25,567 nt of DNA from Candidatus Scalinduaceae bacterium (GTDB lineage: Bacteria; Planctomycetota; Brocadiia; Brocadiales; Scalinduaceae). A program made the position numbers and the translations under genes. This document shows, in pieces, positions 17,586 to 25,567 of this stretch; the first letter of the stretch is position 1, and each line of letters starts with the position of its first letter. Below the pieces are notes generated by a model. It was given only the letters and a program-made list of their open reading frames with translations, did not search any database and had not been told where the DNA came from. The stretch is from contig JBHICG010000048.1 of NCBI GenBank assembly GCA_046759445.1, positions 1 through 25,567 of the forward strand, in the 5' to 3' direction.

Positions 17586-17801
17586 ATGGCTTATAGTTTA
17601 CAAAAATTATCAGAAATTGTCGGTGGAACATATGTTCTAACTTACCTACTAATAAGACGGACAAGGGAATTAATTAATGGTGCGCCAAAGTTAATTGAGA
17701 CAAATTCGGAAGAACCAGTCAAGATTGCATTTGAAGAATTTCTAAGTGGTAAGTTCCCTATACCCGACAAAGAGATAGAAAAAACAGAAAAAAACCCTTA
17801 A
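17586..17801 (+). CDS. rpoZ: DNA-directed RNA polymerase omega subunit
   Basis: 71 aa. VGGTYVLT.L..RRTREL..GAPKLI....EPVKIAFEE...GK matches the omega pattern. Confidence 0.8.
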   Translation: MAYSLQKLSEIVGGTYVLTYLLIRRTRELINGAPKLIETNSEEPVKIAFEEFLSGKFPIPDKEIEKTEKNP

Positions 17802-17862
17802 CTCCTTCAAGTTTTGTATCTTAAATAAGACGCAAAGCAAAAGGTAATTTGGAGACTTTTAT

Positions 17863-18816
17863 ATGATTAACGTCAAACATTTAACAAAGCGTTATGTGAA
17901 TATTGCAGCAGTAGATGATATATCTTTCGATGTGGAGGAAAGTGAGATCGTTGGACTTCTCGGCCCAAATGGTGCCGGTAAAACGACTACAATGCGAATT
18001 TTAACCTGCTTTATGCCGGCAACTGCTGGCTCTGCATCCGTAGCTGGTTTCGACGTGTTTACTGATTCATTAAATGTACGCCAACAGATTGGATATTTAC
18101 CCGAGAATGTTCCACTTTATCTGGATATGAGAGTAAAAGAATATTTAATGTTTCGTGCCAAACTTAAAAATATCCCCAGAAGGGATAGAAAAAAGAAGAT
18201 AGATTATTGTCTCGACATGACTGGAATAATAGATGTGCAAAACCAGATCACAGGCACCTTGTCAAAAGGATACAGACAGAGGGTCGGCCTCGCTGATGCC
18301 TTAATCCATGATCCAAAAATCTTGATTCTCGATGAACCCACCATTGGACTTGACCCTAATCAAATCAGGCAGATTAGACAGGTGATTAAGGGCTTAGGCG
18401 AAAAGCATACCATTTTGCTGTCCACACACATTCTTCCGGAAGTTGAAATGGTCTGTGACAGGATTATGATAATCAACAAGGGTAAGATAGTGGCAATGGA
18501 TACCCCACAAAATCTCATGAAGCAATTAAAAAGTGGTGCAAACGTTATCTTAGAAATAAGAGGTAATGGGGAAAAAATAAAAGAGAGCATCTCTAGCATA
18601 AATGGCGTTCGCTCTGTTATATGGAAAGAGAAGAAGGAAGTAAATGAATTTGTTGTTGAAACAGCGGAAGGTCAAGACTTGAGAGAGGACATCTTTAAAT
18701 GCGTTGTAAACAATGATTGCATATTGCGTGAGATGAAACGGGAACAGGTTACTCTAGAGGAAATCTTTCATAAGATTACTACCAAGGAAACGGAGGAAGA
18801 TTCAAATAATGCGTAA
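17863..18816 (+). CDS. ABC transporter ATP-binding protein (GldA-like)
   Basis: Walker A GPNGAGKTT, signature LSKGYRQRVG, Walker B ILILDEPTIGLDP, H-loop LSTH. Confidence 0.95.
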   Translation: MINVKHLTKRYVNIAAVDDISFDVEESEIVGLLGPNGAGKTTTMRILTCFMPATAGSASVAGFDVFTDSLNVRQQIGYLPENVPLYLDMRVKEYLMFRAKLKNIPRRDRKKKIDYCLDMTGIIDVQNQITGTLSKGYRQRVGLADALIHDPKILILDEPTIGLDPNQIRQIRQVIKGLGEKHTILLSTHILPEVEMVCDRIMIINKGKIVAMDTPQNLMKQLKSGANVILEIRGNGEKIKESISSINGVRSVIWKEKKEVNEFVVETAEGQDLREDIFKCVVNNDCILREMKREQVTLEEIFHKITTKETEEDSNNA

Positions 18817-19519
18817 TGTGACTACTATTTTCCAGCGTGAGTTAAGATCTTATTTCTTTTCACCAATAGCATACATCGTAATTTCTGTATTTCTTGTTGC
18901 ATCTGGATTTTTTTTTGCTGGAAACTTACAGTTCTGGCAAGAAGCTTCCTTAAAGGGTAGCCTGGACTCAATTCAGTTTTTCCTCTTACTCCTCACACCC
19001 GTAATTACAATGAAACTTTTTTCAGATGAAACAAAATCTGGAACGATTGAAACGCTCATGACTTCACCAGTTACAGACTTTGACGTTGTCTTTGGAAAAT
19101 TCCTTGCAGCGCTGGGCTTATACTTTGTCATGATACTACCTACATGGATATATGTACTATTCTTAAGTTTTTTTGGAAACCCGGACTTTGGACCAATTAT
19201 TTCAAGTTATATAGGTTTAATCCTTATGGGAGGACTTTTTGTTTCCGTAGGTTTACTTGTATCATCATTAACAAAAAATCAAATTGTTGCTGCCGTAATC
19301 GGGCTCGTTGCATTAATAATTTTGTGGGTTGTTGGTTTTTTAAGTACATACGGTGAAGGTTGGTTTTATGAAAGCCTGAGATATATCGGCACTTTTGATC
19401 ACTGGGAATCTTTCACAAAAGGTATCATAGATACAAGGGATGTAATTTACTATCTTAGTTTTACAACGTTACTATTATTCATTACTGTGCGAAATGTAGA
19501 AAGCAGAAAATGGAGGTAA
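18809..19519 (+). CDS. ABC-2 type permease (GldF-like)
   Basis: RELRSYFFSPIAY, E.KSGTIETLMTSP, GKFLAA, SSLTKNQIVA, GIIDTRDVIYY and several TM segments. Confidence 0.92.
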   Translation: MRNVTTIFQRELRSYFFSPIAYIVISVFLVASGFFFAGNLQFWQEASLKGSLDSIQFFLLLLTPVITMKLFSDETKSGTIETLMTSPVTDFDVVFGKFLAALGLYFVMILPTWIYVLFLSFFGNPDFGPIISSYIGLILMGGLFVSVGLLVSSLTKNQIVAAVIGLVALIILWVVGFLSTYGEGWFYESLRYIGTFDHWESFTKGIIDTRDVIYYLSFTTLLLFITVRNVESRKWR

Positions 19520-19528
19520 TAAACCGAA

Positions 19529-21097
19529 TTGAGTACTGAATCGAGAAAGGAATCAAAACTATTAGTAAATATTCGAAGGCAAAAGACCATAATAGGTGCA
19601 AATGTCTTTGCCATGATTCTTATTTCAATAGTTATATTTGTTTTCGTAAGCTATATTAATGACAGGCATTATTATCGTTTTGATTTCACAGCATCTGGGA
19701 AATACACATTATCCAGTAAGACAAAAAATATACTAGAAAACCTTGATCAACCAGTTTTTATAACCACATTGCTGGTGCATAACCCTGATTATCGTTTTTA
19801 TGGACAAATATTAGATATACTTGAAGAATATAAATATAAATCTAACAAGATAAAGGTTAATCATATAAATCCCTTAACAGAACGCACTAAAATAACAGAG
19901 TTATCTGAAAAACTTAAAATGGATTTGGAACAATTGAAATTAAATTCAATAATTTTCGCTTGCGGTGACAAAAATAAACACGTACAGCAATCAGAAGTAA
20001 TTGAAAGGGAATTTCCTTTTAAATTTAAGGGTGAAGATATCTTTACATCGGCTATCTTAAATGTAACTCAAGAAAAACAAACAACAATATATTATACCAA
20101 GGGTCATGGGGAAAGAGACTTAAAAGATTTTGAACGTGCCGGTTTAGGTGATTTGGCAAACGCAATAAAACGTGCTAATTATAACATTATACCCCTTGAT
20201 CTGTTAAAAAAGAAATCGGTTCCTGAAAATTGCGATATACTCTTCATCGCTGGACCAATAAAAAGCTTTTTAACCGAGGAAACAAACTATATTCGTAACT
20301 ATCTTGGAACCTCAGCAAAATTAGTAGATGAAAAAGGGGAGCTTAAAGAAGGTAAATTACTTGTCATGTTAGAGCCTGCTTTCGGTACTAACAAACCCTC
20401 TGGTTTAAAACCTTTGCTAGGAGAATACGGCATATTGGTTAGAGATGACGCAGTTGTATATAATAAAATAAATATGCCCCTTTTTGGTATGCAAACGGTT
20501 GCAGAAGTCTATGTTGATGAAGAAAAGTATCAAGATCATGAAATAACAAATGACATAAAAGGCCTTATGACGTTATTTTTCGGATCATGTGTAGTTAATG
20601 TAGCCCCATTGAACGATACAATGGCTTTTTCAGCAAAAGCGATAGCACAAGCTCCTGATAATAGTTGGGGCGAAACAGAAATGGGCATCCAAAAGAAGCC
20701 GAATTATGATAAAGATATAGATATTTCATCTCCTATATCGCTGGCTGTAGCATCAGAGTTAAGAGAACCAGAGGAAAATCCTACATCTCCGCCACATGCC
20801 ACAAAAGCATTCAAAGGAATTGGGAAAAAGGGTTCGCGGATTGTAGTCTTTGGTGATGTAGATTTTGCGGCAAATGCATTTTCCGACAAACCGGGTAATC
20901 AAGATTTCATCTTAAATGCTGTAAGCTGGTTAGCTCGCAAGGAAAAAGAACTTGGGATATCACCCAAGGCTCCTGACATAAGAAGGACTATTATTAAACC
21001 TGCACAATTAACCGTTGTTTTTTGGTTGTCTATAGTAGGGCTACCATTTATAGGGTTATTGGTTGGTAGTATAGTCTGGTGGAAAAGAAGAAGATAA
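19529..21097 (+). CDS. GldG-family ABC transporter auxiliary component
   Basis: N-terminal TM, DFTASGKYTLSSKT, YYTKGHGE, RIVVFGDVDF..N.DFILNAVSWL, C-terminal TM plus WWKRRR. Confidence 0.9.
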   Translation: MSTESRKESKLLVNIRRQKTIIGANVFAMILISIVIFVFVSYINDRHYYRFDFTASGKYTLSSKTKNILENLDQPVFITTLLVHNPDYRFYGQILDILEEYKYKSNKIKVNHINPLTERTKITELSEKLKMDLEQLKLNSIIFACGDKNKHVQQSEVIEREFPFKFKGEDIFTSAILNVTQEKQTTIYYTKGHGERDLKDFERAGLGDLANAIKRANYNIIPLDLLKKKSVPENCDILFIAGPIKSFLTEETNYIRNYLGTSAKLVDEKGELKEGKLLVMLEPAFGTNKPSGLKPLLGEYGILVRDDAVVYNKINMPLFGMQTVAEVYVDEEKYQDHEITNDIKGLMTLFFGSCVVNVAPLNDTMAFSAKAIAQAPDNSWGETEMGIQKKPNYDKDIDISSPISLAVASELREPEENPTSPPHATKAFKGIGKKGSRIVVFGDVDFAANAFSDKPGNQDFILNAVSWLARKEKELGISPKAPDIRRTIIKPAQLTVVFWLSIVGLPFIGLLVGSIVWWKRRR

Positions 21098-21124
21098 ATA
21101 AACGGAGAGGCACAAAACAATATC

Positions 21125-23419
21125 ATGAAATTTAAAACTACCATAGTACTCTTTATAATAGCTATTATATGTGTGGCTTACATTTTCCTATATGAAAGGA
21201 AACAATACAGGACAGAAGAATGGAAACTAAGGCAGCAAATGGTATTGCCAGACTATAAGCCAGATCCAATCAATAAAATTGAGATCAAGAACGAAAAGGT
21301 CTCAATTGTCCTCGAGAAAATTGATGAAGAAAGCTGGAGAATGCTTCAACCTCTTCAGTTGAGAGCTGACAAGGCCGAAGTAAAAGAAATACTATCACAA
21401 TTTGAGTTCCTGGGAAAGATAGGGACTGTCAAAGAAAGCGAAATAGAAAACTTTAACCTAAAAGATTACGGTCTCGATAAACCACAAATAATTGTCCATC
21501 TCTGGAAAGAAAGAGGCCAGACTCTAAAAGAAACTGAGGGCGAATCCAAATACACTATAAATATAGGCGACAAGATATCTGCAGGACAAAACAATATTTA
21601 CATAAAAGTAGAAGGAGAAAAAGACGTTTTTGTTGTTATAGGAGAAGTGTTAGAAAAAATTACTAAAGATGTGAATGATTTGAGAAACAAATGGGTCTTT
21701 GAGATTGATGAAGATGCAGTGGAAAGGATAAAAATCCAGAGTGGCTCTAAAGAGGCAGTCGTGTGTTCAAAGGAAGAAAATCTCTGGTGGTTGTCAAAAC
21801 CTATTTCTGATCGTGGCAGTAAAGAAAGAGTCAAGGGTATTATCAATGAGTTAAAAAATTTAAAGATTGCTAAGACGGACTTCGTATCAGACGATGAAAG
21901 AGACATACCAAAACATGGCTTAGATAAACCAAGACTTACTGTCAGTATTGGTTATAAAGATAAAGCACAAACACTTATTTTAGGACATAATCTAGATAAC
22001 AAGGTCTATGCTAAGCGAAGTGATGAAAGTTCTATATTTCTAGTTCACGACGTGGTTATTAATGACCTGGATCTAGAACCAAATGATTTGCGTGATAGGC
22101 AACTGTTAAGATTCGATGCAATTGGAACGTATGGAATTGAAAAAGTAGATTTGAAATATCCTGATACCACTTTAACTATGGAAAAGACAAAACAGTATGA
22201 TTGGATGATTAAGTCCCCTACTGAAATCCTCGCTGATAGAGATACGGTCAGGGAATTTGTTGAAAAAATAAAGGATTTACAAATTCAGGAATATGTTGAT
22301 GATAGTGGAAAAAATTTTGATAAATATGGTTTAAATAAACCTTCAGTTGAAGTTTCAGTATTTAGAAAGATTGGAGAAGGCGAAACTGTAAAGTTTATGA
22401 TTGGACAGGCTGATGAAGATGGTGGTTTGTGTTATGTAAGAAGAGCAGGAGAAGACGCCGTTTATTCTGTACCGACAGAGAACTTTTATGATGTCGCTAC
22501 TGGTGGATTTCTCTCATTCAGGGATAAAATAGTTTTAGAATTTCCTAAAGAAAACGCCAAAAAAATGATTATCAATAGGAATGGAAAGAAATTCGTATGC
22601 AAGAAGAAAGAAGGTAATGTTGATAAATGGGTTTTAACCAGTCCTGTTAGTGTGGAGGCGGATATAGATGCTGTTAATCAGGTAATCTGGAATTTATCGT
22701 TTTTGAATGTTGACAAACTTATTACACTTTCAGCAAATGACTTAAGCAAATACGGGCTTGACAATCCAAGTATGAAAGTTTCTGTAACATATGAAGATGT
22801 TGGTAGTACCGAAGATGGTGAGGAAATCATTAGTGCAAAAGAAGGTCTGATAAAACCAAAAGAAAACATTACAAAAACATTGTTAGTCGGAAATAAATTA
22901 GAACCAGAGAAGGACAAGTCAAGTTACTTTGCAAAATTTGCAGATGAAGACTTAATATTTCAAATTGGCTGGCCAGATGTCAGAGATTATAGTTTAGAGC
23001 TTGCAACAAAGACATTGTTTGATTTTGATATTTCACAGACAAATTCTTTAAGTATAAAACATCCAGAGAAAAAATTGTCTTTCCAAAGAAATAAAGATAA
23101 CAAATGGGAAATGATACAGCCTGAAAATAAGCCATTGAAGGGAAACTTTGTAGACCGCATCTTATCATCGATGAATACCCTAAAGGCGGAATCTGTCGTT
23201 CAGTATTCAAGCAATAACCTATTATCAGAATTTGAACTCAACGAACCGCAGTTTAGCGTAACCGTAGGCTTAGGAGAAGACGTAAACACATTGTTAGTAG
23301 GTAAGAAAAGCAAAACGGAATATTATGTTATGAATAAACCTTTGAATTTCATATATCTCGTAAGAAAAGATAAGATAGAAAATATTATGAAGGAATGCGC
23401 TTTATACGAAGCTCAATAA
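21125..23419 (+). CDS. DUF4340-repeat protein
   Basis: N-terminal TM and five repeats centred on YGLDKP, HGLDKP, YGLNKP, YGLDNP and FELNEP, each preceded by W...P. Usual position after GldG-like genes. Confidence 0.85.
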   Translation: MKFKTTIVLFIIAIICVAYIFLYERKQYRTEEWKLRQQMVLPDYKPDPINKIEIKNEKVSIVLEKIDEESWRMLQPLQLRADKAEVKEILSQFEFLGKIGTVKESEIENFNLKDYGLDKPQIIVHLWKERGQTLKETEGESKYTINIGDKISAGQNNIYIKVEGEKDVFVVIGEVLEKITKDVNDLRNKWVFEIDEDAVERIKIQSGSKEAVVCSKEENLWWLSKPISDRGSKERVKGIINELKNLKIAKTDFVSDDERDIPKHGLDKPRLTVSIGYKDKAQTLILGHNLDNKVYAKRSDESSIFLVHDVVINDLDLEPNDLRDRQLLRFDAIGTYGIEKVDLKYPDTTLTMEKTKQYDWMIKSPTEILADRDTVREFVEKIKDLQIQEYVDDSGKNFDKYGLNKPSVEVSVFRKIGEGETVKFMIGQADEDGGLCYVRRAGEDAVYSVPTENFYDVATGGFLSFRDKIVLEFPKENAKKMIINRNGKKFVCKKKEGNVDKWVLTSPVSVEADIDAVNQVIWNLSFLNVDKLITLSANDLSKYGLDNPSMKVSVTYEDVGSTEDGEEIISAKEGLIKPKENITKTLLVGNKLEPEKDKSSYFAKFADEDLIFQIGWPDVRDYSLELATKTLFDFDISQTNSLSIKHPEKKLSFQRNKDNKWEMIQPENKPLKGNFVDRILSSMNTLKAESVVQYSSNNLLSEFELNEPQFSVTVGLGEDVNTLLVGKKSKTEYYVMNKPLNFIYLVRKDKIENIMKECALYEAQ

Positions 23420-23616
23420 TTTTAAACCCTCAAAAATCAAAAATAACAATTTCTTTTCTAAGAGACTTCAATGCAGTATATTACCAATTTTGAATAAAAA
23501 CACTAAATACAAAATTGCTATAGTTTGTACTGATATACTTGAAGACCTTGCAATACTGAAAATAAACTCTCCTATACCTCTTCCTTTTGTTAAATGTAAC
23601 TGAAAAACACAAAAAG

Positions 23617-24609
23617 ATGCAATCAAAAGATATCAAAAGTATAACGGAAACAATTAAGGAAGAAAGTCATATACTTTCCAATTTAATTGATGAAATCGGG
23701 AAGGTAATTGTTGGACAAAAATATCTTATAGAAAGACTATTAATTGGTATACTGGCAAATGGACACGTCCTTTTAGAAGGTGTTCCCGGGCTAGCAAAAA
23801 CCCTTTCTGTAATGTCACTATCAAAAGCTATTCGGGCAAAGTACCAAAGGATTCAATTTACGCCTGACCTTTTACCAGCAGATTTGATAGGCACACTTAT
23901 TTACAATCCTCGCAATGGTGAATTTACGACAAAAAAAGGGCCGATCTTTACAAATATCATTCTTGCTGACGAGATCAACAGGGCTCCTGCAAAGGTTCAA
24001 AGTGCACTTCTAGAAGCTATGCAGGAAAAACAAGTAACAATCAGTGACAAGACATTCAAACTTGACGAGCCATTCCTGGTACTAGCCACACAAAACCCTA
24101 TTGAGCAGGAAGGTACATATCCATTACCGGAGGCTCAGGTTGATCGTTTTATGCTAAAATTAAACATAACCTATCCCAGCAAAACAGAAGAACGTGAGAT
24201 TTTAGAAAGAATGGCTTTAACAGATACAAACATAAACATAAACGCTATAATGTCTACTGAAGACATAAGCCGCTTACGTTCAATAGTTGATCAAATCTAC
24301 ATTGATGACAAAATAAAAGACTATATTGTTGATCTGGTATTTGCTTCTAGAGAACCCCAAAAGTACAACCTGGATCTAGATGAATTTATTGAGTATGGCG
24401 CCTCTCCCAGGGCAACTATTTATCTCACTATTGCATCAAAGGCATATGCATTTCTAAAAGGTAGAGGTTATGTTACCCCACAAGACGTTAAAAACATAGG
24501 TATGGATGTTCTACGACATCGCATAATCATAACATACGAGGCAGAAGCAGAAGAAATGACTTCAGAAAAAGTCATACAAAATATCTTTGATAACATAGAA
24601 GTGCCATAA
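23617..24609 (+). CDS. MoxR family AAA+ ATPase
   Basis: HVLLEGVPGLAKT, RIQFTPDLLPAD, LADEINRAPAKVQSALLEAMQE, ATQNPIEQEGTYPLPEAQVDRF, GASPRA. ATG 23617 preferred over TTG 23587. Confidence 0.95.
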   Translation: MQSKDIKSITETIKEESHILSNLIDEIGKVIVGQKYLIERLLIGILANGHVLLEGVPGLAKTLSVMSLSKAIRAKYQRIQFTPDLLPADLIGTLIYNPRNGEFTTKKGPIFTNIILADEINRAPAKVQSALLEAMQEKQVTISDKTFKLDEPFLVLATQNPIEQEGTYPLPEAQVDRFMLKLNITYPSKTEEREILERMALTDTNININAIMSTEDISRLRSIVDQIYIDDKIKDYIVDLVFASREPQKYNLDLDEFIEYGASPRATIYLTIASKAYAFLKGRGYVTPQDVKNIGMDVLRHRIIITYEAEAEEMTSEKVIQNIFDNIEVP

Positions 24610-24766
24610 TAATAGTATATTAATTCTTTTGCTGTGGTATGACTTTTTCAACGATAACATTCATGCCATACACGAAGGCATTTTAAATCTTGAAACACTG
24701 TTTCTTCACGGCAATACTTGATTGTAACTTAAATTATTAGATGATAAATTAACATGGAAAGATTAA

Positions 24767-25453
24767 ATGAAGAATACTTTTTTAATTTTATTAGTAACTT
24801 TGATGTTAGTTATTATACAGAACTGCGCTACCGTAGATAAGACAGCTAAAGAGAAAAATCAAGCAGAAACCGCAGTAGTCGATGAAGAGCTGTTAAAAGA
24901 TGTTCAAGAACTTAAAGCGATTCTTGGATACAGTCCTACAGATTTGAGTGCGCTCGATAAAAAAAAGCTTGAACAACCTGTCGCGTTTGGTATGAGTGTA
25001 AAGCAGGTTCAAGAAATATTTCCTGCGCCTGACAAATTCGAATACGATCCCATGGTGAACAGAAAAGTAACTATGCTTGCAAGGGACGCATCAGGTGGGC
25101 GTTTTACCTTCTTTTTCTACGAAGGCAAACTGTACAAAATAGTTACGATTAAAAAATGGAGCGATTTTACGTTAAAGTACGCTAAAGAAAATATAAATAA
25201 CTTTAGAAATGTCTTTTTAGAAAGTCACGGTGAACCTGATGCGGCAGAAGAAGACGAGGAGCATAAAATAATGACATGGGTAAAAGAGGATTTGGAAATA
25301 ACACTAGAAGAGTTTAATTTGATGTCTCATAAAGGACTTAATAAAGTATTGACGCTTGTTTATGAAGATAAAAATATCAGTCCACTGGCGAAAAAGGATG
25401 AAACCTATGAATTATACAAAACAAAGCGAAAGTCAACACAGTACAAAAAGTAA
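24767..25453 (+). CDS. Hypothetical secreted protein, probable lipoprotein
   Basis: MKN plus a hydrophobic stretch ending IQN-C(ATV), an atypical lipobox, followed by a soluble domain. Confidence 0.65.
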   Translation: MKNTFLILLVTLMLVIIQNCATVDKTAKEKNQAETAVVDEELLKDVQELKAILGYSPTDLSALDKKKLEQPVAFGMSVKQVQEIFPAPDKFEYDPMVNRKVTMLARDASGGRFTFFFYEGKLYKIVTIKKWSDFTLKYAKENINNFRNVFLESHGEPDAAEEDEEHKIMTWVKEDLEITLEEFNLMSHKGLNKVLTLVYEDKNISPLAKKDETYELYKTKRKSTQYKK

Positions 25454-25567
25454 TGAATACTATATATTAACGGCTCCTTCTATATATTATGGCAAGCGTT
25501 AATTTATATTATAAAATAGGCTTATCCGGTTGACTGCCGTTAGTTCAACATCTGGTGATTCTCGGTT

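Noticed and set aside
25460..25567. TATATATTA repeat and a GC shift at the window end as a possible element end
   Set aside because: Too little sequence, and no partner repeat or ORF is visible.

Overview
AT-rich bacterial chromosomal region. Bacterial topoisomerase VI, a planctomycete-like RNAP omega subunit and REP-like palindromes suggest an anammox planctomycete (Brocadiales/Scalindua-like); this is inference only. Order: 3' part of topo VI subunit A; a truncated RidA gene next to a nested palindromic MITE/REP element; type III glutamine synthetase with a sigma54 promoter and a probable enhancer site; an isolated integron gene cassette with a canonical attC but no integrase in the window; a small ORF and a rhodanese; a minus-strand run of nitroreductase, cNMP-binding protein, PqqD/RRE, a short ORF, a JAB/MPN peptidase, an MFP with a ~100-aa insertion and two RND transporters; then rpoZ, a GldAFG-like ABC system, a DUF4340-repeat protein, a MoxR ATPase and a probable lipoprotein. 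Highlights: the integron cassette (4260-4849), a 20-codon upstream ORF that is a diverged copy of the omega N-terminus, and the JAB peptidase heading an RND operon.
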